IMG/VR virus record: IMGVR_UViG_3300031227_000001
Span: 3,357 to 67,356 of that record
Reading direction: 5' to 3' (one strand)
Origin: a virus
DNA length: 64,000 nt
The position numbers and the translations under genes are program-made. The number at the start of each line of letters is the position of its first letter. Position 1 is the first letter of the stretch. A model generated the notes under the pieces. The model was not told the DNA's origin. It ran no database searches and was given only the letters and a program-made list of their open reading frames with translations. Shown piece after piece: positions 1 through 10,112 of the stretch.

Positions 1-212
1 GGTTGGGGGGTGAGTACGCCTCATGGTTGCCGTATATGGCGAAACCGTCTATCTTGCAGCCCAACGCAGCCCAACATCTCTACTTTCTGATGATGCAAAC
101 AACTCACCCTAACACGCCCGTTAATCGCTTTTACGCCCCGCCAGGTTTGGCGGTGACCGTGCTAACGACGGCGACAGCGCGGTACTTGAACATGCGCGGG
201 GCTAGATAACCC

Positions 213-241
213 TTGACATTCCATATCCCATATGCTATAAT
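213..241 (+). promoter_or_regulatory. sigma70-type promoter
   Basis: TTGACA(213-218)-17 bp-TATAAT(236-241) with TG extended -10; spacer TTCCATATCCCATATGC shared with promoters at 9133 and 11769. Confidence 0.85.
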
Positions 242-272
242 TGAATAGGCAGGTATAGTATAGAGGGGGGTT

Positions 273-803
273 ATGATGAAAAAGTTGCGGATTGGTCTGG
301 TTGTGTTGCTGTTCTTGGTTTTTGCAGGGAAGATCGGGGCTCAACATTATGAGGTGGGGCGTATAGACTTGCAACGAGCCGCGCCACGGGGCGATGATTC
401 GTGGATTACTGATCTTGAGGTAAGCGGTTTTCGCCCAGGGGCTTCCGTATTGCCACATAATACAACTTGTGATCAATATGGACGCTTCCTCTTTTGGCTA
501 CCATCTGGCGAATGGAAAGTAAGCGTTAAATCACAACACTCGCTAGGAACTATCCGTCCTATTCAGGGAAGAGTGTCAGGCGATACGGGCTTTGGCCTAC
601 TCTTGGAAGGCGATGCTAATAATGATAACGTCATTGACGATCTGGACTTCGCCATATTGACTGACGTTTATTGGACAGATAGCCCACTTGCAGACTTCAA
701 CCAGGACGGGCAAGTCAACGCGCTAGACTTTTCGTTACTCAATTCCAACTACGGGCGGAAGGGGCCGATTTGCTATACATATCTAGCACAGGTGAGTAAG
801 TAG
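273..803 (+). CDS. Secreted protein with C-terminal dockerin type I/EF-hand-like repeats
   Basis: Signal peptide MKKLRIGLVVLLFLV; paired Ca-binding loops GDANNDNVIDDLDF and ADFNQDGQVNALDF. Confidence 0.7.
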   Translation: MMKKLRIGLVVLLFLVFAGKIGAQHYEVGRIDLQRAAPRGDDSWITDLEVSGFRPGASVLPHNTTCDQYGRFLFWLPSGEWKVSVKSQHSLGTIRPIQGRVSGDTGFGLLLEGDANNDNVIDDLDFAILTDVYWTDSPLADFNQDGQVNALDFSLLNSNYGRKGPICYTYLAQVSK

Positions 804-2002
804 TGGGCGAATTTCAGTCATTAGGTCTCTCAATATCGCTCTTTAAGCCGGACATTGCCTTTACGGCTGGTAGCCCCAACACTGTGGTCATTACACCAGA
901 GGGCCAATTTGTAGAGGCGATAGCTAGTCAGGTCGCCGACTATGGTCATATTCTGAGGGCCTTTGGCGGTTATCATAGCGCATCATTCTCGATCAACGTC
1001 AACCAGCCCGACCTGGAACGCTGGTATCAGGACGGCCTGGGGATGCACGTAGAGGTAAAGGACGAGGCGGCGACGACGGTATTTGAGGGCTTTGTGGCGC
1101 AGTTGAGCATAAGCGAGGGGCCGCTGTCTATCGTGCGCGGGTCGCTGATCGATGCGGGCAACCGTGTGGACGTGGCATACTCAAAGATATTAGACGTGGA
1201 CATGATACCACCAAGCTCCGGGGAACGCAAGCGAACGGACGTAGGAGAGAATGACGCCAGCCAGCGGAAATATGGCGTGTTGCCATTACAGTTATCTTGT
1301 GGCGATGCTACAGATGTAGGCGCGGCGCAGATACGGGATAGGTGGCTTGCCGAACATGCGTTGCCAGAACGTACGGAGAGCCTGACCTTGGAGGGCGCGG
1401 CAACACCGGCGGTGAGGTTCAACTGCCTGGGATATAATGCGCGGCTAGGCTGGCCGTATAGACAGATAGCCGTCTCCGATGAGGGCAACATTTCGACCAA
1501 GATAGCGGCCGTTTTAGATGCGGATGTAAACGGTCTATTCTCATCGGCCAATGCAGAGATTGTAGCCAATACGCTGCAAGTACCGCTCTATGAGGACAGC
1601 GACCGTGACGCCTGGAGCATTCTCAAGAGTCTGACGGCGGCGGGCGATGCGGCGTTCAACAGATACATTCTGGGCGTTTGGGCTGACCGGCGAGTTAAAT
1701 ACGCGGCCATCCCAACCGAGGTAGAATACAACCAATACGTCACGAGCGAGCGCCAGTCTATTTCGTATGTTGACGGTAGAGAGATCAAGCCCTGGAACGT
1801 GCTCCCCGGGAAGTGGCTGCGCAAGCCGGACTTTTTGACGGGGTATACGTTTGAAGGTACAGACTTGAGGGACGATCCGCGAACGCTATTTATTGAGAGC
1901 GTAAGCTATTCAGCGCCTTGGGGCTTGACGCTGCAAGGTGGCCAGACGGATACAATCTCACAAGTTTTGAGCCAACAGGGGCTCCGGGGAGCGGTGGCTT
2001 GA
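803..2002 (+). CDS. Minor tail/baseplate hub-like protein
   Basis: 399 aa ORF in tail region; position-based. Confidence 0.5.
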   Translation: MGEFQSLGLSISLFKPDIAFTAGSPNTVVITPEGQFVEAIASQVADYGHILRAFGGYHSASFSINVNQPDLERWYQDGLGMHVEVKDEAATTVFEGFVAQLSISEGPLSIVRGSLIDAGNRVDVAYSKILDVDMIPPSSGERKRTDVGENDASQRKYGVLPLQLSCGDATDVGAAQIRDRWLAEHALPERTESLTLEGAATPAVRFNCLGYNARLGWPYRQIAVSDEGNISTKIAAVLDADVNGLFSSANAEIVANTLQVPLYEDSDRDAWSILKSLTAAGDAAFNRYILGVWADRRVKYAAIPTEVEYNQYVTSERQSISYVDGREIKPWNVLPGKWLRKPDFLTGYTFEGTDLRDDPRTLFIESVSYSAPWGLTLQGGQTDTISQVLSQQGLRGAVA

Positions 2003-2640
2003 GACAAATTCAGGTAGCAAATACAGAGCGGGACGATATAGCAAGCGTTGGTTTACAGGGCAACGGCTTTAGATATTTCCATGGGCCGCTGGAGAACTTT
2101 GGGGTCTTCAACGGACAGATAGAGCAGGGCCCTCCTGGACAGGACGAAGCCGAAGCGCCAGAGGGCTGGGTACTATCCGACCCGTGGGCTGAAGGCGGAA
2201 CATTTCTGCGCATGGCCGGTGGCTATGCGGGGAATTGGTGTGTTCGCGGCTGCAATGCTGGTGCGGGGCGTGGGGTGCGGCTTGTATCATCCAAATATAT
2301 ACCGGTGGCGCAGTCGGCTTATGACAACTATTATATTCAGGGCGCGTTTTATCAGACCAATAACGGACAAGCCTATCTGGGTGTGGAATGTTATAGCGCG
2401 GCAAAGGCCATTCTTGGTACGGCGTCGCCCCTCGGCTTATTTGTTCCGGGCGCGGCGTGGGTAAAATACTGGGGCATTCTAGGGCCTGTGGGCACAGCAT
2501 TCTGGGCCAACACGCGCTATGTGAGAGTAAGAGTAGAGTTACAGAATGACGTGGCGATAAATAACGGATGTGTTTGGGGTGACGATTTCAAGTTTCAACA
2601 AATTCAATCGTGGGCTTACCAATTTTTCCAGCAACCATAG
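1999..2640 (+). CDS. Tail-associated protein with carbohydrate-binding-like beta-sandwich
   Basis: TTG start overlapping upstream stop; FNGQIE...W...DDF pattern typical of CBM-like tail domains. Confidence 0.4.
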   Translation: MRQIQVANTERDDIASVGLQGNGFRYFHGPLENFGVFNGQIEQGPPGQDEAEAPEGWVLSDPWAEGGTFLRMAGGYAGNWCVRGCNAGAGRGVRLVSSKYIPVAQSAYDNYYIQGAFYQTNNGQAYLGVECYSAAKAILGTASPLGLFVPGAAWVKYWGILGPVGTAFWANTRYVRVRVELQNDVAINNGCVWGDDFKFQQIQSWAYQFFQQP

Positions 2641-2696
2641 AGAGTTTCGTGGTAGTGCATATCATTCTGGTGTGCTAAGAATAAAGGAGACAAAAA

Positions 2697-3104
2697 GTGG
2701 CGAACAATCTAAAAGTAAGTGACGAATCGGCCAATGCGGCCTGTGACGCAGTTGTTGATCTGCTTAATACGGGCAAATTGCAAATCTATGACGGGGCTCA
2801 GGCCGCAACAGCAGACACTGCCGTTGGTGCCCAAGTTTTGCTGGCTGAGCTAACATTCGGCAACCCGGCCTTTGGCGCATCGGCTGCGGGCGTGGCGACG
2901 GCTAATGCTATCACAAAGGATAGCGCAGCGAACGCTACCGGCACGGCGGCCTGGTTCCGGGTCTTGCAATCGGACGATAGCAAGATGTTCGATGGCAGCG
3001 TGGGGACAGCTGGATGCGACTTGAATCTCAACTCGACGGCAATTCAGATAAATGCCGAGGTTGAAGTTAGCTCGTTTACGTTCACAGTACCGAAGACGGC
3101 ATAA
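2697..3104 (+). CDS. Small virion structural protein
   Basis: Strong SD (AAAGGAG); Ala/Gly/Thr-rich 135 aa, GKLQIYDG and GTAAWFR motifs common in phage virion proteins. Confidence 0.55.
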   Translation: MANNLKVSDESANAACDAVVDLLNTGKLQIYDGAQAATADTAVGAQVLLAELTFGNPAFGASAAGVATANAITKDSAANATGTAAWFRVLQSDDSKMFDGSVGTAGCDLNLNSTAIQINAEVEVSSFTFTVPKTA

Positions 3105-3218
3105 GTAACGTGTACCACATCGATATAGTCGGGGACGGCGCAAGGTTGCGGGCGACTTGTAGTGGGCATGACTGGCATGCCCACGAGTCGCCAACCTCTT
3201 GATAGCATGGTGTAAAAT

Positions 3219-5624
3219 ATGGCTTGGAATGAAATAAGTTCTAAACGGGCCAGAAGAGCTAAACACTATTCTAATCCCGAAGAGCCAAACAAGAAATTGG
3301 GCGTGTTTACTCTGTCTACCCTGCATTATCCTAGTGCGGGGCCAGACAGTGATGCCTATGACTCCGAAATAGATTGCGCCCCGCAACGTATTGACAGCCC
3401 ACAACTTGACGGCTGGCGAGTCGTGCAGAACAACTGGCATTATGCAATCGGCAAGCCAGGGGACAAGGAAACAGATGGTTGGGTTGGCTTTGGTGGCAGG
3501 CAAGGTGCTCATTGGCTAAAATCTCGATTGTTGAGGGTGGGCTATTTGCACTGGCCTACAAGGGCCTGGCAGGATATAGGTGGCGCGCCAAACTATGACC
3601 GCACAAATCTGTCAAAGTCTATTAAAACAGAGGCCGTGGGGCCCAACGAATCCATTATCAATACAGCTGGAATTGCTAACTGGGCTGATTTGTGGCAAAC
3701 GCCAAATGAAGGCTCTCTGTCTGCCAGTTGGCGCATCGATGGTGCTAGGCTAAAAGAAGAGATTACGCTAAATCGGGCGGGACGCGAGTGGATCACGGAA
3801 AACAGGCCGCCCACCACAGCCCCGAATGAAACCTACTTCGGGTTTATGTACCAGCTCGACGTGAGTGATATCCCAAGGTGGGTTAAGCGCGGTATTCTGC
3901 AAGACATCAACGGCGATTTTGACGATGATGACGGCACGGCCCAAGTTGAACTCCGCGACGCACTGGATAGAGCCGTTGCCTTTTTGCCCATTAGCCATGC
4001 TTACGGGGCAGAAGATGAAAACGGCATCCGTGAGCAAGTCAAATTGCGCAGGCGGTTCTGGAAGTCTCCGGGCGGGGACTACTATTTATTGGTTGGGGCC
4101 AAAGTTCCCGACTTGGCCCAGATGCCTGATGGCAACATAGTTTTTGACCCAAGCCCAGACACATTCGAAATCGCGGCTTCTGCGGATGATGACTCTGCCT
4201 ATGGGGTCGAAGCGGCGTGGCCCCCAACGTGCGATGGTACGTTCGGCACCCATACAATAATGATCAGAAAGACCCCAGCTGCGGCTAATCGCTACGTATA
4301 TAATGGCTTTGTGCGGTGGGACACATCTTCGTTGTCTGGGAACACTCCTACAGGTGCCACATTACGCATATATGTCTCTAGTGTCGCTGACGCCGACGGT
4401 AGGGACTTGACCGCAGATTGGTATACGGCGTGGCCCATTAGTTGTGATGATTACACGGCTACTGCGGGAACTGATGCTATTTCTGGGGAAGACCTGACTA
4501 ATTTCACTGATGACCAGGACAATGATGTCACATTAGATAACGTTGATGGCGTTAGCACAAGCGGTTATACGGGATTGCGCCTCCACATAAGTGGCGGCGA
4601 ACCATCTGGTGACAACAAGTTGTCGTTTTCTGGTTATGATGACAATTCTCAGGATAATGCTCGCCTCATCGTCGCTTATACGGAGCCTACGGGCACCACG
4701 GGCACAGTCGCAGTCTCTACACAAATCGCCACCGTTGCGATAGCCGCGCTACTAATATTCGGTGCCACGTCTGCTGTCTCCGCGCAGCCCGCAGCCACCG
4801 CAATACAAGGAGTGTTGGCATTCGCCGCGACTGGCGCTGTCTCTACGCAACCTGCAAGCATTGCGGCATCTGGCACATCTCTATTAGCTATCACGGGTAC
4901 GGGCGTAGTCTCTACACAACCGGCTAGCGTCGTAGCTTCAGGCACGTCTATACTTGACATCACGGGTATCGGGGCCGTTACCACGCAGCCTGTTTCGGTC
5001 TCCGCTGCTACCGCTCTAACTTTCGATGCTATAGTTGCCCTGAGAACGCAGCCTGCTAATGTCGCCGCCAGCGGCACAGCACTGCTAGCGATAACGGGTG
5101 CAGGGGCGGTCTCGATGCAGCCCGTCTCAGTCGCCATTGACGCCGAGCTAACTCTCGATGCTGTGGGTGCCGTCACTACCCAGCCCGCCGCAGTTGTCGC
5201 TGCAGGATCACTTATTTTTATCGCGACCAGTGCGGCCTCTACACAACCCGCTATCGCTGCCGCTTCAGGGATGTCTCTGTTAGCCATTACGGGGACTGGG
5301 GCTGTCACAACGCAGCCTGCCGAAGGAGCGGCAACAGGAACTTTGAGATTTACGGGCACGCTAGCAGTTTCTATGCAACCAGCTATCGTCACCGTTACGG
5401 GGACGTCTATACTTGACGTCACGGGGGCTGTGGTCGTAACCTCTCAGGTACCAGAAGTGCTAGGCGCTGGGTTGCTAATATTCAGCGGCCAGGGGGCAGT
5501 AATAACGCAACCAATAGTCGTGGTGGCAGTTGGTAGGCGGCGGGTCGATGGCTATCATACATTCCCGCCTTTTAGCAGCATACGTGATCGCACTGTCTTT
5601 AGGTGGCCAAACGAAAACTATTAA
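3219..5624 (+). CDS. Virion protein with DNRLRE-like domain and repetitive A/T/G/V-rich stalk
   Basis: VRWDTSSL..GATLRIY..ARLIVAY pattern; C-terminal ~20 aa repeats (GAV-STQPA). Confidence 0.5.
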   Translation: MAWNEISSKRARRAKHYSNPEEPNKKLGVFTLSTLHYPSAGPDSDAYDSEIDCAPQRIDSPQLDGWRVVQNNWHYAIGKPGDKETDGWVGFGGRQGAHWLKSRLLRVGYLHWPTRAWQDIGGAPNYDRTNLSKSIKTEAVGPNESIINTAGIANWADLWQTPNEGSLSASWRIDGARLKEEITLNRAGREWITENRPPTTAPNETYFGFMYQLDVSDIPRWVKRGILQDINGDFDDDDGTAQVELRDALDRAVAFLPISHAYGAEDENGIREQVKLRRRFWKSPGGDYYLLVGAKVPDLAQMPDGNIVFDPSPDTFEIAASADDDSAYGVEAAWPPTCDGTFGTHTIMIRKTPAAANRYVYNGFVRWDTSSLSGNTPTGATLRIYVSSVADADGRDLTADWYTAWPISCDDYTATAGTDAISGEDLTNFTDDQDNDVTLDNVDGVSTSGYTGLRLHISGGEPSGDNKLSFSGYDDNSQDNARLIVAYTEPTGTTGTVAVSTQIATVAIAALLIFGATSAVSAQPAATAIQGVLAFAATGAVSTQPASIAASGTSLLAITGTGVVSTQPASVVASGTSILDITGIGAVTTQPVSVSAATALTFDAIVALRTQPANVAASGTALLAITGAGAVSMQPVSVAIDAELTLDAVGAVTTQPAAVVAAGSLIFIATSAASTQPAIAAASGMSLLAITGTGAVTTQPAEGAATGTLRFTGTLAVSMQPAIVTVTGTSILDVTGAVVVTSQVPEVLGAGLLIFSGQGAVITQPIVVVAVGRRRVDGYHTFPPFSSIRDRTVFRWPNENY

Positions 5625-5637
5625 TGCTGGAGCAAGC

Positions 5638-7521
5638 ATGAAGAAACTCTTGGTTCTTGTTACAATAATAACGCTTCTCGTTACTATCGCATCATGCGAC
5701 ACGCGGGTTAGCATAACCACCGCGCCGATCAAGGACGTGCCGAGCGACATTTATGTAATGCACGGCTTCAGTGGTGGTGCGGACAGAGTAACATTGTTTG
5801 CTACGTGGGCCAGCTTGAACCCGTCACGCGGGCGTTACGACTGGACTAGGCTCGACGCCTACGTTGCGCAGCACCAAGCCGTATCGCTGATGGTGACGAC
5901 GCAGCGCAGCGGCTATTATGGTAACGACATCTACATTGACGACACGCCGGGCTGGGTCGGCGGCACTAGACGTATTGCGGTAGGCGACAAGATGCTAGTG
6001 TTGCCTGCTTATGATTCGGCGGCGTGGCAAAAAGCCTATCGGGATTTCGTGGCCGCCTTTGGCGCTCATTATGATGACAACCCAAAGATCATAGCGGTAA
6101 CGGTTGGCATGGGGCTAGACGGCGAGACGCACGCCTACAAACGCGGCACATACGGCGACATTGTAAATGAAGCCTTGCCGGGGTATCTGCCCGCGTTCGA
6201 GAAATACGGCAAAGAGTGCGTGGTCTGGTACGCCAATGCGTTTCCAAAGACGCGGCTATATTGCGCGAATAATCCAGGGGGCCAGGCATTCCGCAAGGCG
6301 CTATTGGGCGTGATGATTCAGTACCATGTGGGCATCAAAAACGCGGGGCTACAGGTGGACAACCCGACGGGCTGGGGGCCGAACACCTACGAGACGCCAG
6401 GCGGTTGCTATCCGATATGGGGGCCTGCTAAAGACCTCGGCGGCACGCTAGGGCTTTGGATAGAATCGCAAAGTGGCAACGTAAACAAAGAGAGCGTCCA
6501 TTGGGCGATACTATACGCATTGCCGTTCAAGCCCGACGCTATCGATCTACACAAGGAATGGTTTGACTACGATCTGGCCTGGGCGCGCGAGTACATGCAA
6601 TCCCCGCCCGGCGTGTGGGTGGTGTTTAGAGACGACGAATACGGGCCGTATTTTAGCAACATTGCGCCGGACAGCAAATACTATCTGAGTGGTCGTCCAG
6701 GGGACTTTGAGTTTGGCCTGCGCAATAGCACAGACGCCGTGCGAGTCTGGCGCAAAGACCTCCCCGAGACGTGCCATTATCAAGTCGAATCGCGCCAAGT
6801 GCGGCAAGGCGAGTTTGTGCTAGATGCTGATATTGCAGGCAGGCTAGTAAGGGTCTGCTATCTGGACACCGACGCGCCGATCGAGATTCGTAGCGGCCAG
6901 GAGTCGCATACATTTGGCGGCGGCGGCTCTGGCAGAATGCTCTGGCACGAGCACACATTTGACGCGCCAGCGTACGCTATGTACATAAGCGAGAGCACGC
7001 TACACATGGTAGAACTGCTTGCCGCGCCTACACCTACCGCAACACCCAGCGCAACGGCTACAGATACGCCAACGAGCACGCCAAGTGCCACGGCTACCGA
7101 GACGGTGACGCCAAGTGCCACGCCTACGGCAGTTGTTTCCAAAACGGAAACAACTGCAACGCCAACTATTTCCAAAACGGAAACGGTTGCCCCCATAACA
7201 GCGACGCCTACAGCAAAGCCTTGCTGGGCGAGAGAGAACTTTACCTGGAACGAACGCCAGAACATCGTCCTACAGGGATACCGAGAACTCTGGCGACTTG
7301 AAGAGAATATTGATCCCTGGAATGACCCAACGATAATCTTGGGCAATGACGAAAAGCTCGGTGCGCCCGCGACACAAGCCTACACGGTTATAGGTGACGA
7401 CGGCTGCGAGCTGCTCTGTCGAGGATATACCGACGGCATCATAGTAATCAAACTAAAAGACAACCCCAAAGACGGATGCCGCGACTGGACAGTGGTACTT
7501 TGGGACGGCAGCCAAAGATAA
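5638..7521 (+). CDS. Lipoprotein with glycoside hydrolase-like TIM-barrel domain and PT-rich linker
   Basis: Lipobox-like IASC after hydrophobic signal; WASLNPSRGRYDW..LD motif like GH42/GH-A clan; long PTATP linker. Confidence 0.55.
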   Translation: MKKLLVLVTIITLLVTIASCDTRVSITTAPIKDVPSDIYVMHGFSGGADRVTLFATWASLNPSRGRYDWTRLDAYVAQHQAVSLMVTTQRSGYYGNDIYIDDTPGWVGGTRRIAVGDKMLVLPAYDSAAWQKAYRDFVAAFGAHYDDNPKIIAVTVGMGLDGETHAYKRGTYGDIVNEALPGYLPAFEKYGKECVVWYANAFPKTRLYCANNPGGQAFRKALLGVMIQYHVGIKNAGLQVDNPTGWGPNTYETPGGCYPIWGPAKDLGGTLGLWIESQSGNVNKESVHWAILYALPFKPDAIDLHKEWFDYDLAWAREYMQSPPGVWVVFRDDEYGPYFSNIAPDSKYYLSGRPGDFEFGLRNSTDAVRVWRKDLPETCHYQVESRQVRQGEFVLDADIAGRLVRVCYLDTDAPIEIRSGQESHTFGGGGSGRMLWHEHTFDAPAYAMYISESTLHMVELLAAPTPTATPSATATDTPTSTPSATATETVTPSATPTAVVSKTETTATPTISKTETVAPITATPTAKPCWARENFTWNERQNIVLQGYRELWRLEENIDPWNDPTIILGNDEKLGAPATQAYTVIGDDGCELLCRGYTDGIIVIKLKDNPKDGCRDWTVVLWDGSQR

Positions 7522-7584
7522 TTCATCACAGGCTTGGGCGTTGGGGAGACATACAGCGAGCCAAGCACAAGAACAGAGGAAGAC

Positions 7585-7851
7585 ATGCCAGGCACAGAGA
7601 ACGGCCGCGTGACAATGGGGAACTTGAGCACAAAGCTGGATACCGTTATTAAGAAGCTCGATCAAATCGAGGAGCGGGCCTACGAAGATCACGACCGGAT
7701 TATGTATTTGGAAGGGGGGCAAAGCGAGCATGCCCGCCAGATCGAGACCATGCAGGGCGATATTAGCAAGGTGGAGGGGGCGGTGAAAATCGAGGGGGGT
7801 ATACAAGCTCTGCTTATAGCGGCGCTAACGGCACTTGGGATCATGAAGTAG
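7585..7851 (+). CDS. Coiled-coil protein with C-terminal TM (lysis-cassette-like)
   Basis: Heptad-like middle region, hydrophobic C-terminus IQALLIAALTALGI. Confidence 0.45.
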   Translation: MPGTENGRVTMGNLSTKLDTVIKKLDQIEERAYEDHDRIMYLEGGQSEHARQIETMQGDISKVEGAVKIEGGIQALLIAALTALGIMK

Positions 7852-7852
7852 A

Positions 7853-8677
7853 ATGAGCTGCACAAGCCGGAATATAGAGTACGCCAGTCGGCGCGATACG
7901 TTCAAATTATACGTTCTGGCAGATATTCACCTCGGCAGCAAATACTGCGACGAAAAGCTACTGCGCTCTACCGTTGGGGCCATCAAGCGAGACTCAAAGG
8001 CGTTGTGGATCGGATTAGGCGACTATGCCGAATTTATCAATCGGCGCGATCCGCGAGCCAGGGAATCAGAACGCGCAACGTGGCTATGGGGCGAGGACGA
8101 TCTGGCCATGGTACAGCAAGAACATCTGGCACGGGCACTATCGCCAATAGCCACAAAGTGCATCGGGCTAGTCAAGGGCAATCACGAGGCCGCAATAGAA
8201 CGCTATTGCGAGCACGATGTTTACCAGCGGCTAGTTGAGTCGTTTATCGAGTCACGATTAAAAGCAGGAATACGAGACAAGCTAAAGTTGGGCGTCAACG
8301 GCTTTGTCAGGCTTGCGTTCAGGCGGCAATCTAACGGGGGCATCTGGACGTGCATGATCTATGCTACACACGGATGCGCGGCGGGTCGCAAAATGGGCGG
8401 TAAGGCGAACAGACTAGGTGACATCTGGGGCGACGTAGAAGCGGACATAGTGCTGGCCGGACATTCTCACACGCCGCTACGATACCCACGCTGCCGCAAG
8501 CGAGCAACGCAAAACGATGAGATGGTCACGAGACAGAGCCTATTGCTAAACGCCGGTTCGCTATTAGGCAATGACGACGTAGGCTGGCCCGAGTACGCAG
8601 AGAGCAAAGACTATTCGGTGACCAAGGCGAGCGTGCAGGTTATCACGATTGTGCCGGACAAGCAAATTATAGAATAG
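7853..8677 (+). CDS. Calcineurin-like metallophosphoesterase
   Basis: Motifs DIHLG, GLGD, GNHE, HG, GHSH. Confidence 0.85.
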   Translation: MSCTSRNIEYASRRDTFKLYVLADIHLGSKYCDEKLLRSTVGAIKRDSKALWIGLGDYAEFINRRDPRARESERATWLWGEDDLAMVQQEHLARALSPIATKCIGLVKGNHEAAIERYCEHDVYQRLVESFIESRLKAGIRDKLKLGVNGFVRLAFRRQSNGGIWTCMIYATHGCAAGRKMGGKANRLGDIWGDVEADIVLAGHSHTPLRYPRCRKRATQNDEMVTRQSLLLNAGSLLGNDDVGWPEYAESKDYSVTKASVQVITIVPDKQIIE

Positions 8678-8689
8678 GGAGAACAGAAC

Positions 8690-8953
8690 ATGCAAATTGA
8701 CTTTGTGGTTTGGGGTATGGGCGGGGCGGTAGCGACGACGATGATCGTAACGCTGCTAAAGACGCTATTCCCGGACGTGATCAAAGACAGATCGGCGGTC
8801 ATTGCGGCGGTAGTAACGGGCTTTGTGCTTGCAGGTCTATCGTACGGGGCACAGATCACGCCAGCGGTAGAGACGGTCTTGCAGATCGTCGGGGCTGGCC
8901 TACTGGCAGGCTTATCGGCTTGTGGAATTTATAGTGTGACGAAGAAGCGCTAG
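8690..8953 (+). CDS. Holin-like membrane protein
   Basis: 87 aa, ~3 hydrophobic segments, basic C-terminus, end of late block. Confidence 0.6.
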   Translation: MQIDFVVWGMGGAVATTMIVTLLKTLFPDVIKDRSAVIAAVVTGFVLAGLSYGAQITPAVETVLQIVGAGLLAGLSACGIYSVTKKR

Positions 8954-9016
8954 ACAAGCGCTTCCATAATTTAGTTGACGGCGGGCAGGAATGCCTGTTT
9001 TCATCATCCTCCTCCG

Positions 9017-9055
9017 GGGGCTGCCATTCTAACGAGTGGTGGCCCCTAATCTTTT
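9017..9055 (+). terminator. Intrinsic terminator ending the late/lysis block
   Basis: GGGGCTGCCATTC-TAAC-GAGTGGTGGCCCC stem (with G-U pairs) followed by TAATCTTTT. Confidence 0.65.
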
Positions 9056-9073
9056 AACACAACTAGACATAAT

Positions 9074-9173
9074 ATACGCGCAATCAAGGCCTGGCAAATC
9101 ATCGAAATATCGCTGATTTAGCAAGATTATGCTTGACATTCCATATGGGGTATGCTATACTATGAATGTCAAG
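9074..9173 (+). promoter_or_regulatory. Early promoter repeat copy 1
   Basis: TTGACA(9133)-17-TATACT(9156); upstream GCAATCAAG..CTGGCAAATCATCGAAATATCG shared with 11711-11806. Confidence 0.85.
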
Positions 9174-9199
9174 AAGAAGCACAGAGAGAGGAGACAGAG

Positions 9200-9508
9200 A
9201 TGGGAAATCTAATCACGGTCAAAAGCAAAGATGGTAGAGCACTCCGGGCCTTCGGGCTACGAAAAGATCAAATCGTTGAGACGGAACTCGGCCCAGGCAA
9301 GTGCAAGGGCATAAGCCTCGTAACCAGTCACGTGAACACTTTCGAACTTAGAGCTGGCAAAACATGCCATATGATCGACATCGAGATGGAAGATGGCACA
9401 ATGTTTAGGGCAAATTACTATGAAGTGAAAGCGAGTTGCCCGACTGACAAGAAACTAGACGAGATTGTAAATGATCTCAATCTTGGCCGAAGGCGACGGG
9501 GGCGCTAA
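9200..9508 (+). CDS. Hypothetical early protein
   Basis: SD GAGGAG, first gene after promoter. Confidence 0.6.
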   Translation: MGNLITVKSKDGRALRAFGLRKDQIVETELGPGKCKGISLVTSHVNTFELRAGKTCHMIDIEMEDGTMFRANYYEVKASCPTDKKLDEIVNDLNLGRRRRGR

Positions 9509-9512
9509 GGTT

Positions 9513-9554
9513 CTAGCGGATCAAGGGCGGGGTTGGAGCCCTCGCCCTGGGCAC
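9513..9554 (+). repeat. Intergenic hairpin repeat (copy 1 of 4: 9513, 10052, 12504, variant 17266)
   Basis: CTAG(C/T)GGATC-AAGGGCGGGG..CCCTCGCCCT-GGGCA(C/T). Confidence 0.85.
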
Positions 9555-9653
9555 TTTTGGAAAAGTGGTCGAGGTTTTGAGTGACGGTCTAGTTGTAGAG
9601 TTGGAAAACGGCTATCATGTTGAGGGCGATAATTCACAACGGGGGGTAGAAAA

Positions 9654-10055
9654 ATGAGCGCGTATGTTGTGTCAGATGAAACACTAGGCCGAATTATAGC
9701 GTTTCTCCGGGAGCCCAGATTCAGCCAGCAAGCACACGGCTTGCTAAAGGGATATGATACGTGGATAGAGACTTCGCGGCGCGAGCTGGCCTCGGCAATG
9801 CACGTCATGAACGTTGAAGCGGTGTGCGAGCGATATGCGGACGAGAAGCCAAGCAATTACCCGTTTGTTTTGAAGATCATGCCATCGCCGACGCGGGTAC
9901 AGTTTGTTTGTAGCCTGAGCTGCTATCTGTACCAGTGCTCAGAGGGCGACGTGCCAAAGTGCGAACTATACAAGGCGCTAGCACAGTGTCGATATGCGGT
10001 TGCGCTTGACATCGTGAGGGACATGCCAGAGTACGAAAGGGCCATTGGGGACTAG
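9654..10055 (+). CDS. Hypothetical early protein
   Basis: MSAYVVS...N..AV..RY...CY.YQCSE pattern seen in phage hypothetical proteins. Confidence 0.6.
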   Translation: MSAYVVSDETLGRIIAFLREPRFSQQAHGLLKGYDTWIETSRRELASAMHVMNVEAVCERYADEKPSNYPFVLKIMPSPTRVQFVCSLSCYLYQCSEGDVPKCELYKALAQCRYAVALDIVRDMPEYERAIGD

Positions 10056-10111
10056 TGGATCAAGGGCGGGGTTCAAGCCCTCGCCCTGGGCATACTAGAC
10101 ATACAGGGAGG
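10052..10111 (+). repeat. Intergenic hairpin repeat copy 2
   Basis: Near-identical to 12504-12561, ends in CTAGACATACAGG + SD. Confidence 0.85.
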
Positions 10112-10112
10112 C

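Noticed and set aside
4676-5422. Long minus-strand ORFs (also 6858-7346, 57920-58828, 60342-61055 and others)
   Set aside because: Antisense shadows of + strand genes with no SD or recognisable motifs
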